A stretch of 32,000 bases of DNA from Ruminococcus albus 7 = DSM 20455. GTDB taxonomy: Bacteria; Bacillota; Clostridia; Oscillospirales; Ruminococcaceae. Within the stretch, counting starts at the first letter, position 1, and every line of letters starts with the position of its first letter. The notes beneath the pieces were generated by a model. That model made no database searches. It saw nothing but the letters and a program-made list of their open reading frames with translations, and was not told where the DNA came from. A program made the translations under genes and the position numbers. This document shows, in pieces, positions 25,264 through 32,000 of this stretch. The stretch lies in the NCBI RefSeq assembly GCF_000179635.2, contig NC_014833.1, forward strand, positions 3,120,001 through 3,152,000, given 5' to 3'.

Positions 25264-26293
25264 TCCCCGGAGAATAAACAAAAACAAGGCGGTGATAACA
25301 ACGATAGTATTAAAAATATTGCTTATAATAATAGCGGTCATTGTTATCCTGCTGCATTTTTCGGTGACGGTATACCTACGCGGCGGAACCAGAAGTAAAT
25401 TCGAGATCAAAGTGAAGTATCTGGGCATAACACTTTATCCTCGGAAAAAGAAGCCGAAAAAGGACAAGAAAAAGCGCCGGAAAAAAGCCCGTAAGGAAGA
25501 CAAGAAAAAGGATGATATCCTTGATGAAGCACTTGAAGAAAGTGCTGAGGAAGCCCCTGTTTTTGAAGATGCCGATATCGTGACCGAGGAGGAGTCTGAA
25601 GATATCTCCCCTGTCGAAAGCATAGCTGAGGACAAGCCGGCGGAAACTTTGTCGGAAGAATCTGCCGAAGATACATCGGCAAAAGAAGAAACCGCTGTGG
25701 AAGAATTATCCGAAGATAAGCCCGAAGATACTTCTGATGACGAAAAAAAGAAAAAGCGTCGCAAGAAAAAGAAGCCCCAAAAAGAGGAAAAGCCCCGTGA
25801 AGATAAGGATGAGTCTGCAGACGGCGAAAAAACAAGCAAGCTTGAGGGGCTGAAAAAGAAATGGGAATTCATAAAGCCATATATCCCGCCTGCGTGGAAG
25901 TACAGCAGGAAATTCTTGAAAGCCATACGTTTCGAGGATGTTAGTATATCCATAGAGACCGGCAAGGAGGATGCTGCGGAGAGCGCAACGTTCTACGGAA
26001 AATTACAGGCGGCACTTTTCAACACCCTGAATCTGCTGGCGATGATATTCACAGTGAGGGTAAAAGAAGCAAACGTAAAATGCTTGTTCAATGTTAAGAA
26101 GCTTGATGCTGAGGGTGCAGTTACTATAAGAGTAAGACCCTCCACCATGATAGCGATAGCATTCTGTCTGCTGTTCTGTGCGGCTAAGATATTCATACCG
26201 TACAAGCTGAAACAGCGCAGAGCGCGTAAAAAAGCAAAGAAAGAAGCTAAGAAAAGAGCGGCAGTTTCTGCCGTGACAGAAGAAACTGCATAA
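25229..26293 (+). CDS. YtfI/DUF2953-like membrane protein with a large Lys/Glu-rich insertion
   Basis: It has an N-terminal TM segment, a C-terminal block (ISIETGKEDAAESATFYGKLQAALFNTL) resembling DUF2953, and a position directly upstream of ytfJ as in Bacillus ytfI-ytfJ. The start is uncertain: the track start at 25229 is a TTG overlapping scpB by 35 nt, and an in-frame GTG at 25292 is an alternative. Confidence 0.6.
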   Translation: MKRHRQPKTRNDPRRINKNKAVITTIVLKILLIIIAVIVILLHFSVTVYLRGGTRSKFEIKVKYLGITLYPRKKKPKKDKKKRRKKARKEDKKKDDILDEALEESAEEAPVFEDADIVTEEESEDISPVESIAEDKPAETLSEESAEDTSAKEETAVEELSEDKPEDTSDDEKKKKRRKKKKPQKEEKPREDKDESADGEKTSKLEGLKKKWEFIKPYIPPAWKYSRKFLKAIRFEDVSISIETGKEDAAESATFYGKLQAALFNTLNLLAMIFTVRVKEANVKCLFNVKKLDAEGAVTIRVRPSTMIAIAFCLLFCAAKIFIPYKLKQRRARKKAKKEAKKRAAVSAVTEETA

Positions 26294-26309
26294 AGAAAGG
26301 TTGTTTAAT

Positions 26310-26735
26310 ATGAACGAGAGCACTAAGATAGAAGCACTGGTAAATACTGCCATGTCCAAGGTAAAGGAACTGGCTGACGGCGAAGCAATCGTCGGAAAGC
26401 CCATAGTTACAGGTGACGGTACTACTATAATACCTGTATCCAAGGTAAGCGTAGGCTTTGCATCGGGCGGTTCGGATCTGCCTACAAAATCCACAAAGGA
26501 TACCTTCGGCGGCGGTTCGGGCGGCGGAGTTACCATAACTCCCGTGGCTTTCATCGCAATATACAAAGGTGAGGTCAAGCTTTTGCAGATAACCTCCAAT
26601 TCGCCTCAGGGCAACGCTATCGTTGATATGGTACCCACTGTAATAGACAAAATAACCTCTTTCATTGACGGCAAAAAGGGCGGAAAGAAGGCTGCTGACG
26701 AGATAGCTGACGATTACGCTGATTTTGAGGAATGA
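26310..26735 (+). CDS. ytfJ: GerW/YtfJ family sporulation protein
   Basis: Family blocks are present (GKPIVTGDGTTIIPVSKVSVGFASGGSD and GGGSGGGVTITPVAFI). The start is set at the ATG at 26310, 9 nt after the RBS GAAAGG. Confidence 0.85.
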   Translation: MNESTKIEALVNTAMSKVKELADGEAIVGKPIVTGDGTTIIPVSKVSVGFASGGSDLPTKSTKDTFGGGSGGGVTITPVAFIAIYKGEVKLLQITSNSPQGNAIVDMVPTVIDKITSFIDGKKGGKKAADEIADDYADFEE

Positions 26736-26824
26736 TATTATAATAAACGACAAATTTTTCCGATAATTTTTCGTTATGCCGCGGATATACTACTTCCGAG
26801 AGATAAATTCGGGAGAGTGATGAT

Positions 26825-27973
26825 ATGAGGCATGACAGGCTGAGATTCTGTGCAGGTGCGGCGGTACTTGTATTGCTTATGATATTCACGCTGAATACCA
26901 TAAATGCGAAGGCAGAAAGCAAACTGCAGATATCTGCGAAAGCTGCGATCGTATACAACGGCAGTACGGGGGAAGTTCTTTTTGAAAAGAACGCAGACGA
27001 ACCTCTGCCAATGGCATCCACCACCAAGATAATGTCGGCGCTGATAGTGCTTGAACAGGAAGATCTTGATGAGAGATTCACGGTGGACAGCGAAGCTGTA
27101 AATACCGAAGGAAGTTCCATGGGGCTGCGTGAGGGCGATGAAGTATCCCTGCGCGACCTTGCCTGCGGTATGCTGCTGCCCAGCGGCAACGATGCAGCCA
27201 ATGCGGCGGCTGTCCGTGTAGCAGGAAGTATTGAAAATTTTGTTGGGATGATGAACGAAAGGGCTGAAAAGCTGGGTCTTGAAAGCACCCATTTTGTCAC
27301 GCCCTCAGGTCTGGACGACTACACCGACGACCACTATTCCACCGCCAGAGATATGGCGGTATTAGCCGCGGAGGCTATGGAGAATCAGGATTTTCGCGAT
27401 ATCTGCGGACTTCAGCGGGTGAAGCTTGAATTCGGATGTCCGCCTTATGAAAGATGGCTGATAAACACCAACAAGCTGCTGAAAAACCATGGCATCACGG
27501 GGATAAAAACAGGCTTCACCGACAAAGCACGGAGATGTCTGGTATCATCGTGTATGCGTGAGGGCTGTGAACTTATCTGCGTTACCCTTAATGATCCCGA
27601 TGACTGGAAAGACCATATGGCACTTTTCGACTATGGGTTCTCTCATGTGGAACAGGTGAAGCTAAGCCCGAAGCAGCATGATATCCGCCTTATGACCGCC
27701 GACGGCAGGCAGGTGCTTTGCAAAGTTCCCGATATGGTGATAACCATGACCCGTGATGGTGCATCGCGTTCCGAAAGTAGGGTATATCTGCCTGATTTCA
27801 TCTATGCCCCCGTAAATAATGGCGATAAGGTCGGGGAGATAGTATATTATCTTGACGGCAGAGAGTTAGGTAGGCGGGAAATCACAGCGGCTGAAAATAT
27901 CAGTGCGCCCAAGACGAGTAATGGCGTCTTTATTGTAATTTTAAGAAATATCAGACAGTTTACAGGGCTGTAA
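26825..27973 (+). CDS. dacB: D-alanyl-D-alanine carboxypeptidase (peptidase S11, low-MW PBP)
   Basis: It has a signal peptide, SxxK (ASTTK), SxN (PSGND) and KTG (IKTGFT) motifs. The symbol is assigned from the Bacillus-like position downstream of scpAB, so it is less certain than the family call. Confidence 0.85.
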   Translation: MRHDRLRFCAGAAVLVLLMIFTLNTINAKAESKLQISAKAAIVYNGSTGEVLFEKNADEPLPMASTTKIMSALIVLEQEDLDERFTVDSEAVNTEGSSMGLREGDEVSLRDLACGMLLPSGNDAANAAAVRVAGSIENFVGMMNERAEKLGLESTHFVTPSGLDDYTDDHYSTARDMAVLAAEAMENQDFRDICGLQRVKLEFGCPPYERWLINTNKLLKNHGITGIKTGFTDKARRCLVSSCMREGCELICVTLNDPDDWKDHMALFDYGFSHVEQVKLSPKQHDIRLMTADGRQVLCKVPDMVITMTRDGASRSESRVYLPDFIYAPVNNGDKVGEIVYYLDGRELGRREITAAENISAPKTSNGVFIVILRNIRQFTGL

Positions 27974-28028
27974 AAAGTACGGAAGATAACTAAAACCGAT
28001 GAATGACCGAGTTTTTATGGAGAAAAAT

Positions 28029-28634
28029 ATGGAAAACATCACAGCAGAACAACTGAAACTCAGACTTCGTTCGCTGACTATACTGGATATGGCACTTACC
28101 TCCGATGAATGGCTGAGGCTGATGTCCGCTGGACGTGAGGGCGACCTTATCTGGCATATATTCGATAACGGCGGCGGAGACCGTATGTGGATATATATAA
28201 AAGGCAGCAGCATCGTTATAAAGGGCTTCGACCACGAAAGCGAACTTAATCAGCTTGCCGCGGCTATACCTAACTTCGGTTTCTTTGAGAAAACTTTCAG
28301 GGGTATGCCCAGTGTACTGATAAGGCTTTTTGAACAGGACGAACTTGATGAGACCACTTTCTGCCTGTGGACGACAGATGGCGGTGAAACATGGGTGGAA
28401 AATCCTGCTGAAAACACCGACGGCGGAAAAGACTGGCTGATGGGTTATCTCACGGACGATGCGGAAGAATTCTGTCAGTGGGCAAAGGACTACTACGGCA
28501 AAGACCTGCCCTTTGAGATAACGAAAAAGCTCGTGAGTGACGGCAAACTCTCAAACGATGAGCTGAAAGCACTAGGAGCTTCGGATGAAGCTTTGCAGGA
28601 GATAGAAGAATACGAGAAGATATGGGCTCTGTAA
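28029..28634 (+). CDS. Hypothetical cytoplasmic protein (201 aa)
   Basis: The ORF has a coding-like composition. The start is set at the ATG at 28029, 6 nt after GGAG. I recognise no motif, TM segment or signal peptide. Confidence 0.6.
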   Translation: MENITAEQLKLRLRSLTILDMALTSDEWLRLMSAGREGDLIWHIFDNGGGDRMWIYIKGSSIVIKGFDHESELNQLAAAIPNFGFFEKTFRGMPSVLIRLFEQDELDETTFCLWTTDGGETWVENPAENTDGGKDWLMGYLTDDAEEFCQWAKDYYGKDLPFEITKKLVSDGKLSNDELKALGASDEALQEIEEYEKIWAL

Positions 28635-28678
28635 GAGCGTGATATTTTTTCAGATAATAGTTTTTAAGGAGTAAAAAT

Positions 28679-29413
28679 ATGGAGAAGGTAAGAATACAGA
28701 AAATAATATCCGAAAGCGGATTCTGTTCACGCAGAAAAGCAGAAGAGTTCATAGCGGCTGGCAAGGTAACTGTCAACGGCAGACCATGTACGCTGGGCGA
28801 CAAGGCGCTCCCCGGCAAAGACCTGATAGTTGTGGACGGCATAAAGATAGATCAGCCCAGAAAGCGTACTCTATACTACATAATGCTTCACAAGCCCCGC
28901 GGCTACGTTACAACAATGAATGACGAACTTGACAGAAAGTGCGTTACCGATCTGCTGACAGGTCTGCCGGAAAGAGTATATCCCGTGGGAAGACTTGATA
29001 AGAATTCCGAAGGTCTGCTGCTGCTGACAAATGACGGTGCTTTCGCAAACGATATAATGCACCCCTCAAAGCACGTAAACAAGACCTACCGCGTCACAGT
29101 GCGCCCCGATATCAATGATGAACAGCTGGTAAAACTGGCTTCGGGCGTTGAGATAGACGGCAGGATGACCTCGGAATGTTCAGTAACGGTGCTTGATAAA
29201 CAGCCCGGCAGAGTCGTGCTGCAAATGACGATCCACGAGGGCAGGAACAGACAGATAAGAAAAATGTGCGAAGCTGTGGGACTTGAAGTCGCAAGGCTGA
29301 AACGTACCGCTATAGGTCCGTTAAGACTTGGTATGCTGAAGCCCGGCGAGTACCGCGAACTGAAGCCCGATGAACTTCGTGCAATAAGAACGGCGATAAC
29401 AAAAGGCAAATAA
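28679..29413 (+). CDS. rluB: 23S rRNA pseudouridine synthase, RsuA/RluB family
   Basis: It has an N-terminal S4 domain (RIQKIISESGFCSRRKAEEFI) and the catalytic motif GRLDKNSEGLLLLTNDG. The RBS AAGGAG precedes the start. Confidence 0.88.
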   Translation: MEKVRIQKIISESGFCSRRKAEEFIAAGKVTVNGRPCTLGDKALPGKDLIVVDGIKIDQPRKRTLYYIMLHKPRGYVTTMNDELDRKCVTDLLTGLPERVYPVGRLDKNSEGLLLLTNDGAFANDIMHPSKHVNKTYRVTVRPDINDEQLVKLASGVEIDGRMTSECSVTVLDKQPGRVVLQMTIHEGRNRQIRKMCEAVGLEVARLKRTAIGPLRLGMLKPGEYRELKPDELRAIRTAITKGK

Positions 29414-29429
29414 AAGGAGGTGCATCCCT

Positions 29430-30434
29430 ATGATAAAAAGGCTGACAGCTTTTGCAGCAGCCTGTGCTGCAGCCTTCAGCTTATGCTCATGCAGCCTGAA
29501 GACACATGATATGGTCGAAGAAGCTAAAAGCGTACCTGTACCGCCAAAGCTGGTATTTCTTGGTGATTCCATAGCTGCGGGCTACGGTCTGGAGGGCTAC
29601 GATAAATCAGACCTTTACAAATGTGATTCATACGCTAATATCCTCAGCAAGGAGTATGCGGCTTTAATGGCAGATGAAGACTGCGGATACATAATGAAGA
29701 ATGATGCAGTATCGGGTGATACCTCCCAGGATCTCATTGATCTGCTGGACAGCGGCGCTGTAGATGACGATCTGCGCGGCAGTAATGCTGTTGTAGTATC
29801 CATAGGCGGAAATGATGTTCTCCATATAATATTCTCAGCGGCAGAAACTCTCGGCTGGGATGAGACCACAGGAGATTTTGATTTTGACAGAGTCAATATC
29901 AAGGATGCTATATCAAAGCTGACTTCCATGAGTGAAGAGATAGACGATGCGCTGAAAGGCTTTGAAAGCAATCTTCCGATAATCGAAGAAAAGCTTCGTG
30001 CGCGTACTGACGGTGAGATATACATACAGACACTGTACAACCCCGTGGAGTACTTCAAAGACTGGAAAATGCTTGTAGAGTATGCTGAAGGAAAGATAGA
30101 TAACTTCAACAAGATAGTTAAGGACGGTGCTGAAAAGGACGGTGTACATCACTACAATGTCATCGACGTAGGCAACCAGTTCGAGGGCAGGAATTCTCAG
30201 CTGACTAACATAGCAGACTACGATATCCACCCGAATGCAGAGGGACACAAGGTCATCGCAGACACCGTGGATAAGGAACTGCGCAAGGGAAAATACTCCT
30301 ATATGGTCACAGTACCGGGTAATGAACACTGGACTTCGGAAGCAAAGACGGGATTTATCATACTGACAGCAATCGTAGTATTAGCTGCAGGCGGGATCAT
30401 TATCGTGCTATTGAAGAAGAAAAACCACGGCTGA
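29430..30434 (+). CDS. SGNH/GDSL hydrolase lipoprotein with an additional C-terminal TM anchor
   Basis: It has a lipobox (FSLCSC), block I FLGDSIAAGYG, block III GGND and block V DIHPNAEGH. The C-terminus GFIILTAIVVLAAGGIIIVLLKKKN is a TM helix followed by a basic stop-transfer sequence. The RBS AAGGAGGTG precedes the start. Confidence 0.82.
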   Translation: MIKRLTAFAAACAAAFSLCSCSLKTHDMVEEAKSVPVPPKLVFLGDSIAAGYGLEGYDKSDLYKCDSYANILSKEYAALMADEDCGYIMKNDAVSGDTSQDLIDLLDSGAVDDDLRGSNAVVVSIGGNDVLHIIFSAAETLGWDETTGDFDFDRVNIKDAISKLTSMSEEIDDALKGFESNLPIIEEKLRARTDGEIYIQTLYNPVEYFKDWKMLVEYAEGKIDNFNKIVKDGAEKDGVHHYNVIDVGNQFEGRNSQLTNIADYDIHPNAEGHKVIADTVDKELRKGKYSYMVTVPGNEHWTSEAKTGFIILTAIVVLAAGGIIIVLLKKKNHG

Positions 30435-30468
30435 TGCCGCGGTAAACATCATAGGATATACTGTTACG

Positions 30469-30509
30469 GCGGGCGGTCACAGCAACAAGTGACCTGCCCG
30501 CTGTTTTTG
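30469..30509 (+). terminator. Intrinsic terminator after the SGNH hydrolase gene
   Basis: GCGGGCGGTCAC/GTGACCTGCCCGC has one bulge and is followed by TGTTTTT. Confidence 0.8.
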
Positions 30510-30617
30510 TATGCAAATCTCCCCAAGAGATGAATTTTATAAAATGCACACAAATCCGTATTAAATCCTATGAAATATAAACAAAGCTACAAAAATATCC
30601 AGGTCATAAAAAATTCA

Positions 30618-30646
30618 TTGAAATCCGCGATATATAGTAGTATAAT
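30618..30646 (+). promoter_or_regulatory. Promoter of the SulP transporter gene (TTGAAA-17-TATAAT)
   Basis: TTGAAA at 30618-30623, a 17-nt spacer, and TATAAT at 30641-30646. Confidence 0.6.
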
Positions 30647-30681
30647 GTATAAGCTGTGCCGTTTTCGGCAAAAAATATTAT

Positions 30682-30837
30682 GGTTATCCCTTTAACACAT
30701 CATTACAAAGTGCTATATAACAATGAATCATCATGTTGATATTATCCTTTCTCCGCCTGCGGCGGGGAAAGGATAACCGCCGAGCATTTCTAGTTGTGAT
30801 ATTACACCAAATTAATTGGTGTGTAAACGGGATAATC
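30682..30837 (+). repeat. 156-nt copy of the GGTTATCC palindromic repeat family (MITE-like), inside the SulP leader
   Basis: Termini GGTTATCCCTTTAACACA and TGTGTAAACGGGATAATC are inverted repeats. A nested hairpin, TTATCCTTTCTCCGCC-TGC-GGCGGGGAAAGGATAA, lies at 30742-30776. A perfect 14-bp direct repeat, AAAAAATATTATGG, occurs at 30670-30683 and 30840-30853. The copy is homologous to 5671-5784. Confidence 0.75.
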
Positions 30838-30865
30838 AGAAAAAATATTATGGAGATGAAATAAT

Positions 30866-32000
30866 TTGGAGCAGGTCAGAAAAAAGCCTACCGAAAGCAA
30901 GCTGAAACCAAAGCTTTTCTCGGTAATGAAAAACTATTCAAAGGGTCAGTTGGTAAATGATGTCACAGCAGGTGTGATAGTCGCTATTATCGCACTGCCG
31001 CTTTCCATCGCGCTGGCGCTGGCATCGGGTGTAGGTCCTGAACAGGGTTTGTATACCGCCATCGTTGCAGGATTCATAGTTGCATTTCTGGGAGGCAGCC
31101 GCGTGCAGATAGCGGGTCCTACCGCCGCATTTGCCACCATCGTTGCAGGCATCGTTGCCACAGAGGGTATGGACGGTCTTGTGATATCCACCATTATGGC
31201 AGGTGCTATAATGATCGTCATGGGCTTATGCCGCTTTGGTGCGCTGATAAAGTATATCCCCGGCACTATAACCAGCGGCTTCACCTTTGGTATAGCCGTG
31301 ACCATTCTTATCGGTCAGATCAAGGATTTCTTCGGACTGACCTTCAAAAACTCCCCTGTTGAGACCGTTGACAAGGTAAAGGAGATAGTTCTCTGCTTCG
31401 GCAGCCTTAACCCGCAGGCACTTCTTGTGGGCGCTGTATCACTGGCAATACTCATCTTCTGGCCTAAAAAGCTGGAGAAGATACCTGCTTCGCTAATAGC
31501 TGTAATAGTCGGTTCTGTTATGGTAGGCGTGCTGGATATGAAGGTAAACACCATAGGAAGCCTGTACAAAGTTTCAAAGGATCTTCCTCCCTTTACAGTA
31601 CCTCACTTCACATTTGCAAGAGTAAGGGCACTTCTGCCCAACGCTTTCACCATAGCAATACTCGCGGCTGTTGAATCACTGCTTTCATGCGTTGTTGCTG
31701 ATGGTATGATAGGTTCAAAGCACCGCTCCAATATGGAGCTTATCGCACAGGGTGCTGCAAATATCGGCTCGGCGCTGTTCGGCGGTATACCTGCAACAGG
31801 CGCTATCGCACGTACCGCAGCCAATGTCAAGAACGGCGGCAGAACTCCGATCGCAGGTATGGTACATTCTGTCGTAGTACTTATAATACTCTGCCTGCTG
31901 ATGGATAAGGCATCGCTGATACCAATGCCCACCATTGCGGCTATACTCTTTGTGGTAGCATACAATATGTGCGGCTGGCGAAATATCCGCAACACCATTA
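30866..32000 (+). CDS. SulP family anion transporter (partial, continues beyond the window)
   Basis: An open + frame runs from the stop at 30857 to the window end, so it is absent from the ORF track. It translates to ...KLKPKLFSVMKNYSKGQLVNDVTAGVIVAIIALPLSIALALASGVGPEQGLYTAIVAGFIVAFLGGSRVQIAGPTAAFA..., a typical SulP N-terminus. The start is TTG at 30866 (GGAG 10 nt upstream) or ATG at 30926. Confidence 0.85.
   Translation, partial: MEQVRKKPTESKLKPKLFSVMKNYSKGQLVNDVTAGVIVAIIALPLSIALALASGVGPEQGLYTAIVAGFIVAFLGGSRVQIAGPTAAFATIVAGIVATEGMDGLVISTIMAGAIMIVMGLCRFGALIKYIPGTITSGFTFGIAVTILIGQIKDFFGLTFKNSPVETVDKVKEIVLCFGSLNPQALLVGAVSLAILIFWPKKLEKIPASLIAVIVGSVMVGVLDMKVNTIGSLYKVSKDLPPFTVPHFTFARVRALLPNAFTIAILAAVESLLSCVVADGMIGSKHRSNMELIAQGAANIGSALFGGIPATGAIARTAANVKNGGRTPIAGMVHSVVVLIILCLLMDKASLIPMPTIAAILFVVAYNMCGWRNIRNTI

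Noticed and set aside
25407-25965. Minus-strand ORFs 25407-25835 and 25435-25965 (Ser/Phe-rich).
   Set aside because: They are the antisense reading of the Lys/Glu-rich insertion in the YtfI-like gene. This is a low-complexity artefact.
26662-27300. Minus-strand ORFs 26662-27300 and 26774-27292.
   Set aside because: They are antisense to the D,D-carboxypeptidase gene, which carries all three PBP active-site motifs. They have no RBS or recognisable domains.
30682-30837. Interpreting the structured element in the SulP leader as a ligand-sensing riboswitch for the transporter.
   Set aside because: The interpretation is downgraded rather than excluded. Homologous copies occur between convergent genes (5671-5784) and antisense in another leader (2380-2450), contexts where a riboswitch makes no sense. 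The 14-bp flanking duplication also points to insertion. I also looked for hammerhead (CUGAUGA...GAAA) and twister-like cores and did not find them.
30946-31998. Three minus-strand ORFs (119, 84 and 131 aa) are the only track entries in this region.
   Set aside because: The + strand frame starting at 30866 is open to the window end and encodes an unmistakable SulP transporter N-terminus. The minus ORFs are antisense shadows rich in Ala/Ile/Thr/Pro.

Overview
The window looks like ordinary chromosome from a mid-GC Firmicute, most consistent with a cellulolytic Ruminococcus-type member of the Clostridia. That guess rests only on gene content: a dockerin-bearing LRR protein, a GH5 cellulase, a GH2 enzyme, glycogen phosphorylase and the sporulation-type scpA-scpB-ytfI-ytfJ-dacB-rluB synteny. 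I support 25 protein-coding genes, and many have recognisable sigma-A-type promoters and intrinsic terminators. The last gene, a SulP transporter on the + strand, runs off the 3' edge and is therefore missing from the ORF track. I found no rRNA, tRNA, CRISPR array, transposase, integrase, phage genes or recognisable defence system. Five things fall outside routine annotation. (1) A small non-coding palindromic repeat family built on GGT(T)ATCC...GGATAACC termini has two long copies flanked by 11-14 bp direct repeats (5671-5784 and 30682-30837), one degenerate short copy (2380-2450) and a minimal hairpin version (12241-12270); it looks MITE-like. (2) A four-gene operon of unknown function (14870-17457) holds two DUF4241-like paralogues, a translationally coupled membrane protein and an acidic protein. 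(3) ScpA carries a roughly 340-aa C-terminal extension that includes 4.7 copies of a 108-bp in-frame tandem repeat, and a YtfI/DUF2953-like protein carries a large Lys/Glu-rich insertion. (4) Two ORF-free regions are bracketed by promoter and terminator signals and could encode sRNAs (1088-1423 and 21191-21692). (5) A terminator-like hairpin sits inside the leader of an orphan ABC solute-binding protein gene. None of these can be confirmed without genome-wide searches or expression data, and I do not claim a definite novel system.
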